Positions 1 through 11,000 of a stretch of 64,000 nucleotides of DNA are shown one piece after another. Under the pieces are notes generated by a model. It did no database searches, had not been told where the DNA came from, and saw nothing but the letters and a program-made list of their open reading frames with translations. The stretch lies in contig QPMI01000579.1 in the NCBI GenBank assembly GCA_004431415.1, positions 124,001-188,000 on the forward strand, written 5' to 3'. The position numbers were made by a program, and so were the translations under genes. How positions within the stretch are numbered: position 1 is the first letter of the stretch; every line of letters starts with the position of its first letter. This DNA is from Cyanophora paradoxa CCMP329 (taxonomy: Eukaryota > Plantae > Glaucophyta).

Positions 1-40
1 CGCGCACCCGCCCCGCCCCGGCCCGATCAGCACCCCGCAG

Positions 41-1313
41 GCCCGCGACGAGAACCGCAAGGACGACCAGCGTCCGCCCCCCGGCGCCCTCGCCCCGAGC
101 GCCGCGTGCCCACCGGGGGGCGGGGCGCAGTGGACGACAACAAGGACGGCGTGGCGGACGTGAAGCAGATGGACCGCAAGGCCCTCCTCCGCCGCAAGCT
201 CCTCCTCTTCGCCAAGGCGCGTACCCCCGGGCCTCGAACCCCCCCCCCCCTCCCCCCCCCCCCCCCCCCCCGGCCTGAACCCGTCCCCCCGCAGGTGGTG
301 GACCCCGAGGTCGTCGCCGGCGCCCTCGGTACTTCCTCCCCCTTCCTTTCCCTCGCTCCGCGGGGCTGACTCCCCCCGCAGGCGGGATCTATGCCGGTAC
401 CCCTCCCCGCCCCGATGAACTCCGCACTCGTACCCCCGTAAGCCGCGGCAGGGTACGTGGCGGTCATCGCCACCCTGCGCATCCAGTTCGCCCAGGCGCG
501 CATTCTCTGTCCCTCCGTCTGGGAATCGCGTACCCCGCCGGGGGGGCGCCGATGCGGGGGCGCAGGCAATCACGCTGGGGGCGGCCATCGGCGACTTCCT
601 CACGCCCGTGGCGAACAAGGCCCGCGCCGCCCGTCTCTTCCGCCCCTCTCCCGCCCGCCCGAGCCCCCGTGCCGCAGACCGTGACCCCCCTCCTCACGAA
701 GCTCGTCCCCCCCGAGTACGCCAAGTGGCCCGCGTGCGCCGCACTCCCCGCCCGCCCCGCCCCCGCCTCGGCCGGCCCCGCCCCCGCCGAGCGCCGCGCC
801 GGGGGCAGCGTGGGCGTCCGCTACGCGTGCAAGTGCGCGGGGGTCTCCATCGCCTGGTAGCCGCCCCCGCGCCCGCGCCCGCGCCGCCGCGCGGCTGAGG
901 GGCGCGGGGGAAGGTTCGCCCAGAGGGTCATCTCCTCCTTCCACTCCTCCATGCGCGGCGCCCAGCTCTTCGCCTCGGTGCCCCCCACCCGGGCCCGCCC
1001 CCTCTGCCCAGGAACTCACGTCCCGCCCTCCAGGGCACCCTCCACTGGCTCGGGCGCAACGGCTACACGATGAAGGTGCCGGCCGCCCCCTCCGCGCCGG
1101 CCCCACCGTCGCGGGACGGGGCGAGCGGGGCCTGGCGGGGCGCAGTACGACGCGGCGAACCCGCTGACGCTGGCGGCGGTGACGGTGGCGGGCGGCCTCG
1201 GCTTCGCGTACCAGGTCAAGTCGCTCTTCGACATCCCGTGGCTCCTGAAGCTGCTCCTCTGGCCCTGCGACCTCGCCGAGACCGCCCTAATGTACGCCGT
1301 CGGCGTCCAGTGA
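41..1313 (+). CDS. Conserved hypothetical membrane protein (5'-partial, 11 exons in window)
   Basis: Manual splicing with exons 41-71, 131-216, 295-328, 382-396, 452-495, 566-619, 678-733, 809-856, 914-977, 1034-1075 and 1146-1313 gives 642 nt in one frame: ARDENRKDDQLDDNKDGVADVKQMDRKALLRRKLLLFAKVVDPEVVAGALGGIYAGYVAVIATLRIQFAQAITLGAAIGDFLTPVANK...VPPEYAKW...GVSIAWFAQRVISSFHSSMRGAQLF...GLGFAYQVKSLFDIPWLLKLLLWPCDLAETALMYAVGVQ*. All acceptors are AG; 7 donors are GT and 3 are GC. From memory the motifs resemble an unnamed protist/algal membrane protein family. Confidence 0.85.
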
Positions 1314-1626
1314 GCCGCCCCGCGCCCCGGCGCGGGCGAGCCGCGAGCCGCCCCCCCTGCGCCCCCGCGCCCCCGTGCCTCCGCGTACATGTACATGTAC
1401 ATGCTGTAACTCCGATACGTAACGCGCCGAACGTAACTTAGCTATAGTAACTATCTCAGCTGCAGGAGGGGGCGGGCCTGCGCTGGCCGCCCCGCCCTGG
1501 GCGCATGCTCCTCGCACGGAGCGAAGTGCGAGGAAGGGGGCATCGCCCGTGAGTGGAGGGGGTGGACCCCGAGAGAGGAGGACCGTTCACGAGAGGGGGT
1601 GTAGAGACGGGCGCCGGGCAGGGCCG

Positions 1627-2189
1627 TCACTTGGGCGCCAGGGCGAACCTGCGCGGCAAAGTCAGGGCAGGCGGCGCGCGTCGAGGCGGGCGGGGAGGGA
1701 AGCGGGCCAGAGCGCGAAGACGACCATCAGGAGGAAGAGTCCTAGGATCGCAGCCTTCTTCTTCGTCGACGTCTGCTGCAGCGCAACATCCAGCTTCTTG
1801 CTGCGCGGCCGCGGCGGCGTCAGACGAAGCTGGGCGGTTCGGCGGCACGCTTGCGGGCCTAGGCGACCGCGTGCCACGCTTTAAAGGCCTATTCGACATT
1901 AGGCTGGCCGCTGACGCAGGTCGCCGGCACATGGTCGCGTCAAAACGGGCGCGGGGCCGACAGCCAAGCTATCCGACGAGTGCGCGGCGGTAGGTGACGC
2001 TCTCGTTACGGACCTAACATCGAGCAAAAACGCATTCTCCTCGTCGCCGCCCTGCTGCCGCGGCAGAAGCTTCTCCTTCTCTTTTTCCTCTTTGCTCTTC
2101 TTCAAGGCCTGCACTGGCACTGCGGAGGCGACGATAGGCGGCTCGGAGGGCCCGTCGGCTGGCTCTGGCGCCTTCGTCGGCAGCTTCAT
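1627..2189 (-). CDS. Small tail-anchored membrane protein (96 aa), C-terminus resembling Qc-SNARE (syntaxin-6/SYP6-like) tails
   Basis: Exons 2189-2014, 1800-1708 and 1648-1627 (GT-AG, then GC-AG; phases match; 291 nt) give MKLPTKAPEPADGPSEPPIVASAVPVQALKKSKEEKEKEKLLPRQQGGDEENAFLLDVSKKLDVALQQTSTKKKAAILGLFLLMVVFALWFALAPK*. A basic juxtamembrane stretch precedes a terminal TM helix. The first intron choice and start codon are less certain. Confidence 0.6.
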
Positions 2190-3404
2190 GTCGCTAAAGC
2201 TCTGTACCCGTGCCTGCTCGCGTCCCCCCACATATGCATGGCGGGTCTGCGCATGCTCCGGATCCGATCCGGCATGCGCACCGGTAGGTCCGGTACCGTG
2301 CGCGGTGCTGTACATGTGCGCCCCCGTTGGGACCACCGCTGGGCCGGCGGGGCCCGGCGCTGGCACCGCATGCGCAGCGGGCGCAGGCGGCCCGACTGCT
2401 GCGGCTGGGCGACGCGGATCGATATCCGGAGGCGGCGCCGGCGCGCGGCGCACGCGCATACGTACCGCCCCGCGCGGCCGGGGCGAGCGCGCGCGGCCGG
2501 GGCGAGCGCGCGCGGCCCCGGCCCGAGCACTAGCGCTAGCGCGCCCCGGGCCCTCGGCGAGACCGCCGACGCCCACGTCGCCTGCGTCGAGGGCGCGCCG
2601 CCCCGCCCCGTCCGCCTAGCGCAAGCGCTAGCGTCGATCGCGATCAGCACATGTACACTTCTACATGTACAATTGCAACTGCTGGCCCCGGTCCATGCTC
2701 AACACGTAGCTCAACACCCCGCATGGGGGCCCCCCAGTCTGCTGCGCTGGATCATTCAATGATTGTCACATGCATTGATATCGATGTTTGACACCACAGC
2801 TAGTTCTAGGTCTTGCGAAGTTGAATCGATGTCATACTGCGAAAGCAAATAAGCATTTGCAATTGCATGTCTACAGCTATATATATATATTTAGGGGAAA
2901 AAGGCATTTTGACATGAGACTGCTCCCCTTCGAAGCATGAATCATTTGAATGATCATGACTAGGACACCACTTGAAACACAATCTGGCAATAAAACACTG
3001 CCAGGTTGCGCACACTAACGACGCCGCGAAACCAAGGCGAATAATGTAGAAAGACCAACTACAATTAGCAATGCATCTCACTTATTTGATTCACCGAAAA
3101 CAATTCGAGGGGCACCGGTCTTTGCAGCCTTAGCTCCGGAATTTTGAAAGCACTGCGGCAATCGCTGTGGAGTGAAGCTATAGCTATAGCTAACTGACTA
3201 CAGCTAGATATGTATGAAAACAGACTCAGCTTGTCCAGGATCACTTTGCATGCATGTATACGTCATCCTATTAATATTGCTCTATATGTATATGATGGAG
3301 AATAAATACATAGAAATTAAACCTAATCGATCGTCGAATTCATGTGTTGATGCCGAACCACGGCATCGGAGCTTGAGAGCGGGGGGAACTCGACGGGTTC
3401 ATTA

Positions 3405-3934
3405 TCAGCTCTCCTGGACGGGCGGCAGAGGCACGTCGCTGACCTGCGAGCTGCGGCGGCGGTCGAGGCGGGCCTCGGAGCGCGCCGGCTCGGCCTCGCG
3501 GCGCCCGTCGGGGCCCGCCCCGTCGTACTCCTCCTCCTCGCCGACGTCGTCCAGGGGGGCGCCGGCGCCGGCGCCGGGGCCGATCTGCTGGTCGAGGACG
3601 GAGAAGAGGTGCGCGAGGGCCTTGTTCTCCTGCAGGAGCTCCTGCCCCGACTTGCGCCTCCCCTGCCGCCCCGCCCCCGCCGGCGCCGCGCCGCCCGGCT
3701 CCGGCGAGCCGGCCATCACCGGCACCTGCAGCTCCACCGGCTGCAGCGACGCCCGCCGCATCGCCCCTGCGCGCACGCCCCGCCGGCGTGAGCCGCTGCC
3801 CCGCCCACTGAAAGCTCCCCGGGCGGGGTTCGCACCTGGAACCATGGCGCTCAGCACCGAGTTACGGCGCCACGCAGCATCACCGCCGGCCTTTGACTGC
3901 CGAGGCGGTCAGGGGCAGCCGCGAAACAAGTGGG

Positions 3935-3972
<38 letters not shown>

Positions 3973-5049
3973 GGGTAGCCGGCGCACGGTGTTGGAGGCG
4001 GCAGAGGGCGGGCGCTCGCGCTTCGCGATGGAGGGGCGGCGGGGGATCATCGCCGGCTCGACAAGCGTGTCGCCGGGAGCCGCCCCCGGCTGCTCCGGAG
4101 CCCGCCCCTTGCCCTTCCAGGCCTCGGGGTCGTACGCTGCGCCCCGCTCGCGATCGCCAGCCGCCTCCGGCTGGTCCTCGGAGCCGGAGACGGCGCCCCG
4201 CGGGCTCCGCGTCGTCCCCGAGGCGAGGCTCGAGCGGCGCGTCGGGATCGGCGGCAGGTCGATGAGGCTCGTGAGCGAGGGCGTGATCATGCGCGTGACG
4301 TCGGGGTCCCGTGGCGGGGCGAGCGGTGCCGAGGCGGCGATGCTCGCCGCGAGGTCCGCCGCCTCCCGCGCCGAGCGCGCCGCCGCGGAGGCGGCGCGCG
4401 CCGAGAGCTGCGCCGCCTCCGCGGGGGTCGTCGTCACCTCCGGGATGGCCTTGGGGCTCTCCCCGCCCTCCCCGCGCCGCGCCGCCCGGCCCGGCGTGGG
4501 CGTCGTGCGGCCCCGCGAGCCCGGCGAGCGGGGCGAGCCGGAGCCCGAGGCCGAGCCCGGGCGCGGGGAGGCGGCCCTGCCCGCCTTCGCGGCGGGGCCG
4601 GGGTCGGGCCCGAGCATGGCGGCGATGCCCGAGCCGGCGAGGGGGAGGTCGAGCGGGTCGGGCGACTCGGCGCCGCCGCCGCCGTCGGGCATGACGCGGG
4701 GCGTCTTCGCGAGGCGGAGCGAGAAGTTGGAGATGGAGACGGCCATCGGGTTGCCCCCGCGCTTCGAGCTCGTCCCCACCGAGCTGCTCGAGGCGGAGCG
4801 CGAGTCGCGCGCCCCGGCCCCGGCCCCGGCCCCGGCCCCGGCGGCGCTGCCGGAGAGGGCGGCGGCGACCTCGGAGGCGGAAGGGGGCGGCGAGGCCCTC
4901 TCGCTGCGGTTGAGGATCTCGAGGAGGCGCGGGTCGGCGTCGAAGGATGGGTCCTTGAGGTCCCACGGCCCCTGCGGCCCGATCGACCACGTGAAGGCCT
5001 CCGGCTCCCGCACCTCCTCGTGCTTCCTCGGCCTCCGCTTGCGGCGGCG
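3405..5049 (-). other. Cytoplasmic tail of the giant receptor (about 490 aa, low complexity/disordered)
   Basis: Follows the stop-transfer sequence RRRKRRPRK. It is encoded by the 3' part of exon 5276-3988 plus exons 3896-~3836 and 3766-3405. It is A/S/P/G/R-rich with no recognisable catalytic domain. Confidence 0.75.
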
Positions 5050-8000
5050 GTAGATGACGGCCCCCGCGATGCAGAGCGTGCAGCCTCCGGCCGCCACCAC
5101 CGCCACGACGACGGGGATGAGGATGGAGGCGCTGGAGCCGGCCGCCGGCGCCGGCGTCGGCGTCGGCTCCTCGGGCGGCAGCACGGCGGTGCTGTTGAGC
5201 GTCTTGTTCGTCTGCACCACCTCGAGCCCCGCCGCGTACGAGCGGATCGCCGTCAGCACGCCGTCAATTTTGCTCACTGCGCGTTCACCCGTCAGCGCGC
5301 GGAGCCGGTGGGGCCGGAAGCGCGGCCGGCGAGCGCACCGCCGAAGCTCGTGAGATGGTCGGCGGAGCACAGGATGTAGCTGCAACCGGGCATCAGTCAT
5401 CGTACGCCAACCTGAGATTAGCGGGGAGTGCGGGGCAGGCGCGGACCGGGCGAACTTCCCGACCTCCGGATCGTCCACCTCGATCATCTCCTCCTTGAAC
5501 GAGAAGCTGCGCCCGAGGGAGGCCCGGGGTCAGCGGCGCGAGCGCAGAAGCACAGCTGGCAGTGAAAGCATCACTCACCCTGCAAGCCCGTCTTGAGGGA
5601 TCGCCATCCACTGTTTCTGCTCCTCGTTCCAGTACACCAACGCGACTGACGATGGCGTTAGCCGAACGCGCGTCGAGGATCGCCGACCGCGACACAGCCA
5701 ACTCACTCAGGTCATTTTCATTTATGCTGCCGCGCGTGATGGGCATGGCCATCTCGATCCTCGCCGTCAAACCTTTGACGGGAGTTTTCGTTCCGAGCTT
5801 CACTTCGATGACGGGGCTCGTGATCTCCCTGCGTATGCAGGAAGGTGAGCCGTGCGCTGTGATGTCAGGGAACCCGCGGTTGCGCACAGCGTCTTGTTGG
5901 TGCGGATGGCCGGCAGAATGGACCCGTTGACGACGATGGTCTCGTTCGCGGTCTTGATCGTCGTGTTACCCGCCTGGCTGAAGTTCGACAACGCAGTTGC
6001 CGCCTGGCTCAGCGGCATGGGCGATTTCTTGAACTGAACGAACGAAATCGTCCAGCCGGGATCTGCGCCACAGACGCATTCGTAAGCATGGTCGCCGAAA
6101 TGCGGCCTCTGCGACAAATGACTGGGCACCTTCCGGCTCGTGCTTCTGGACGAGTTCCGTCGCCTCCTTCGGGATGCGAACGCGGCTGGCCGGGAGGCCT
6201 TGCGCGCGGGCCTGCCACACCTGCTTCTCCTCCCCCTCCTTGTGGTTCACATGGCAAACTGCGAGCGAAAAGCGAGCAGCGCAGTACGGTGAGCAATGAG
6301 AGCGCTACGAACTGCGCGCGCAACGAGAACGCTGAAGCTCAAACGTACCTTTCCCGTCTGCGTTCGTTTGAAGTACGCCGAAAATGAGCAAAAATAAAAT
6401 AAATCAGTCGATGGCATTATAGCAAGCTCGACACTGCAGCTGTTTGAAAAACCTCTACGCACATGTGAGAGCGAGGTTTGGCGAAGCGTCCTGCTTGAGA
6501 ATATCGGAGCACACGCCGCAGTTGCTGTGAGAACTGATGAACACCTGCTCGACAGCGCCTTTGTGAGCCGATGGCGAGACGCGATCTTGATCTCAAAGAG
6601 GTGATAGGTGCAAAAGCGGACCGAGATGGCTTCCTTGCACATCTTGTACAGCTGGCTCGTGTCCACGAGCTCGGGCTTGAAGAACTGTGAGCTCGCAAAC
6701 GAGTCGAGCGCCGTTGTCACAAGCTGCGAAGAGATTTCAGGTGTCACAGATGTGGTATCTTTGAGCAACGCGACACAAGCAAGCTTCTCGCCTTCCAGAG
6801 CTGGTTCAGCGCCGGGCAACCTTCGACCTTCTTGAAAGACTCCAAAATGATCTCGGCTGCGCACGATCCAGTTATGATCATGAACATCGGTTTCTCGCCC
6901 GCGCATGGCGCCGGGGCGCACCGAGCGTCTGCGTGGTCATGTTGTTGGCGACCTGGGGCACGGGCTTGGCGAGGACGAGGGCGAGGACGGAGGCCTGCTC
7001 GAGGGCGTCCACGTCGCCCCCGTCGACGATGTCGCGGAACGCCTTCGCGAAGGCCGCCACCGAGTCCGCCGCCAGCTTCTCGAACATCTTCCGCTTGGCA
7101 TCGTCCATGGGCGCCGCGCCCGAGCCTGCGCCCGCGCCCGAGCCCGAGCCCGAGCCCGAGGCAGAGCCAGGCAGCGGCGTCGGGGTGGCCCCCGCGCCTG
7201 AGCCGGAGCCTGCAGACCCCGATCCGGATCCCCCGCCAATGACGTCTGGGTCCGGGGGTGCTGGGATCGCGTTAGAGAAGCGGGCTGGGGAGTCTGGAGC
7301 GGGGGCGACGCACCCGAGTCGGCGAGGCTGCGGGCGAAGTCGCCGAGCATGTCGGTGACGCCGGTGACGGCCTGCAGGGCCTCCTCCGCGGAGCCGCCGG
7401 ACGCGGCCGCGGCGACGGCCGCGAGGGCTTGCTCCGGGGTCGCCGCCACGACGCGGACGGGCCGGAGGACCGACAGGACGCTCGCGTTGCGCGTGTCGGA
7501 TATCTCGACGGCGAGCTGTGCCGTCTCGTTGCCGCCGAGGGGCGAGAGCAGCGCGACGATCTCGGAGGAGACCTTGGGGGACGTGAGGGGCAGCCACACG
7601 CCGCTGCGAGGGTCGTATTGCTGCAGCGCGTCAGAGGCGGGCGTGACGACGTCGTTTGGAGGGGCGGGGCTACCTTGAGCTGGTAGCGGAGGGGCGTCTG
7701 CGCGTCGACCCAGTCCTCGCAGGTGGCGCGGAAGAGAGTCTGAAGGGCGACGCCCTCGGCGGGGCTGACGGCGCAGCGGCCGCCGGCGGGCGGCGTGTTG
7801 AGGCCGAACTCGAGGGTCGACTCGCCGGCAGAGAGGGCCCCCACGAGGACCGTCACAGTCGCGCTGTAGCGCACGCCCGGCGAGAGGAGCTCCACCGGCA
7901 GGGTCACGGCCGAGCTGCTCGCCGTGGTGCGCGCGGCGCGGCCCGAGAGGTTGAGGTTCTGGCCGGGCGGCTCGGACCAGACGAGGGGGAGGAGGAGCCC

Positions 8001-11000
8001 CGCGGCGTCGTAGCCCGGCGGCAGCTTCACGGAGGCCTCGAGGACGACGTCCTCGAGGGCGGAGAGGAGCGTCGGGTCGTTCGCCCCGCCGTTCGCCTGC
8101 GCCGCGCCCCTCAGCAGCGCTCGAAGGAATCGAGGAATGCAGCGCGAGCGGCGCGGGGACCTTGATGGAGACGACGGGGACGTCGTTGTTGGAGATGCCG
8201 ATGGTCTGCGTCGTCGTGTCCACCTGGCCGTCCAGGCCGAAGGAGAGGTCCGCCAGCGCGGCCTGCCCGGAGAGCACGCTCTGCAGGCCCGCCTCCGACA
8301 CCGTCTCGTTCGCCTCCGACGCCAGCACCGTAAACGTGTGCAGCGAGCCGATGGGCAGGCCGGAGAGCGCTCGGAGGCGCCTCCCGGCGCCGCCGGTGCC
8401 GAACGTCGCCGGGTTGACGTCGAGGAGCGGCGTCGGGAGCCACTCCGAGCGCCAGAGAATGTTCTCGGCGAGCGGCGGCTTGTTAGGCTCCGTGACGAGC
8501 CAGCAGTAGAGGAGCGGGATGGTGGGGTCGTCGAGCGAGCGGCTGCGGGAGGCGTCGAGGGTGAAGGTCCGCAGAGCGGATATTTTGCGCGACGACCCTG
8601 CCCCGCGCGTCAGCTCCGCCTCCAATTCGCGCATGCACAGGGAACATTCGTACCTCCCTCGAGCTGCGCGACGACGGGCTGGGCGGGGACTTGCAGGTAA
8701 ACGACGGCCTCGGATACCGCCGTCTCGTCCTCCTCCAGCGCCGCCGTGAACTTGAACTTGAACTGCCCGCGCCGCGGCAGCAGCCCCGGCGGGATCTTCA
8801 GCTTGTTCGTCGTCTCCTTGTCGATGATGTCCTGGACCTTCGGCGGGACGGGCATGTTGGCGCTCACGACGGACCAGCCGTAGCGGATCCCGGTCGTCGC
8901 GTTGTCCGACACGATGGCGCCGCCGGCGATGATCGTCCGCTGCGCCGTCGCGCGGAGCTCGACCGCCTTGCCCTTCGTCGACTTGACCGCGGACCCGCCG
9001 AGGATCGCGATGCGCGGGACCTCCTTCTCGGCCTTCAGGACGCTGACGACCTCCCTGTACGTCGTGTTGAAGGCGAGGCTCGTCGTCGTCACTGCCACAG
9101 AGATCCGCGTGCCGGGGGGCAGCGCCCTGGGCACGGTGAGGACTCTGCTGCCCGAGCCGACGAGACCCGAGAGCGCCGCCGTGTTGTTCCTGGCGTTCGC
9201 CTCGGCGACGGCTTCGGCCAGCACCGCGGGGCACGGGTCGTTGAGGCACTCCCACGCGAGGTTCACCGCGTGCCCGCCAAACCCGGCGACCGGCTTTGCC
9301 GTAATCACGATGGGCTCAAGAGGCGACACGATGCCGAGGTACTGCGCACGTGAGACTATCAGCTGGCGGCAGAGGTCTAGAGCGGCGGACAGTGATGGGC
9401 CGCACCGAGACGGCGACTTCCAGAGACGGGACCGAGCCTGGAGCGATGCCCACCCTCCCCTCGAACGGCACGCCGTCCTCGGCGTCCGGCGTCAACTTCG
9501 GCACGAACTCGAGGCTGTCGCCAGGCTTGATCGTGTAGCCTGCAGCCCGGGCGTTAGGCGATCTTCCGCGCGAAAAACGCCGCGTTTTCGCACGCACCGG
9601 CTCCGAAGTCGACCCGGAGAGTGTCGTCCGATAGCCATAAAACCGTTGCTCCTGCGCGCGAGTTTCAACACTTTTGTCCGAATATTTACCGCTGCCATCC
9701 ACGACAAATTGACAGCGCGCGGCGCACCTTCGCCGAGTTTCGCGAGCGTGGACGGCGCGAAAACGTCGCTGGCGGCGCCCTTCTGATTTGCCCCCGGCTC
9801 GCTCGCCTGCTTGACGGGCTTGTCGAACGTGATTTCCAGGCTTGTCCCGAGCGGGCTGTACAGCGCCGACTCCACCTTGAGACCTGAAATGCGAATCATG
9901 ATTAATCAGTCGGGGAAATGAATGGAGCTCGAAAACAATTCCGAACTTGGCAGGACCGACAGCGAGAAGCCGTCCAGAGTCGCCGAGCTGCCATCCGCAA
10001 AGGTGACGGAGATGGGCTTGTCGCCGGCGGTCGTCGGCCCGAGGACAAAGACTAGTGCCGTCTCGTTCAGGAGGTACGCCGACTGGGCGCGCTGGACTCC
10101 AACAAGCACAGTCGGCTCCGAGAAGAAGCCGGTGCCGAAGACCGTCACGGGGCGCGCGCCTCCCGCGCCGATCAATGCGGGCTCAACCGAGGTGATCGCC
10201 GTGTCGACGAGCGTGAGGTTCGACTTCACCGTCGCGACTCCTGTCCTCGGCGAAATAATGGAAATGTCGTGCGTTCCAGCGGCGAGTGTGTTGGCGGGCA
10301 CGCTGAGAGCGACCGCACCAGAAACATTGGCGCCACTCACGGCCTTCCCGCCAATGCTGTACGTGCGCCCCGGGTCCGGGCTGAGGAGCCCGCTCGCAGC
10401 GATGGTGACCGTCATGGACCCGGCGGATGGCCCGCGCTGAGGCCAGACGGAGTCGATGCGTGCCGGCGAATTCAGATCCAGCAAGCCGCTGAGTGGGACC
10501 GTCTTCATGAAGCTCGAGTGCAGAGTAAGAAGAACCGGGCCCTTTGGAAGGGAACCTATGGTGGCCGGGAGGGAGACACGGATAGCGGTCGTGTTTACGA
10601 CTGAAGCTCCGGTTGCGTTCAACCGGGGGGATCCTGATGTCAGGCTCTCCACAGACGCCCAAAGACTGGTGTCTCCTACGGCAAAGTTGGAGCCCGAGAC
10701 AGTCAACTGGAATGCCATGTTGAGCGGCCCATCGGTCGGGGAGATGTTTCTGACGGTGATGTTTCCTGTCGCAAAAAATCAGGATCATGATCAGCGACAT
10801 CGAATTTTGCTGCAAGCGGAATTCGCACCGGCAAGGAGTGAAATTCCATAAGGCAGAACGGCGCGCCCAGTTCTCGCAGAAACAAGTTCGAGGGGGTACA
10901 CGCCGATAGGAATGCTGAGCCGCGGGACGTTAAATCGGACGGCCGACACGTTCAGAACGGAAGCAACGAATGAGAAGCCGCCGATGAAACCAGTCATTGT

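Noticed and set aside
1405-1409. TGTAA chlorophyte-type polyadenylation signal after the + gene
   Set aside because: This is a single 5-mer, and I found no counterpart downstream of the two - strand genes, so it is unsupported.
2760-3200. AT-richer intergenic block as a gene or mobile element (ORF 2806-3081)
   Set aside because: It has no coding bias, protein motif or terminal repeats; it is probably 3' flank/promoter DNA.
3405-9900. Assigning the symbol PKD1
   Set aside because: It shares REJ+GAIN but lacks PLAT and the multi-pass channel region; orthology is not shown.
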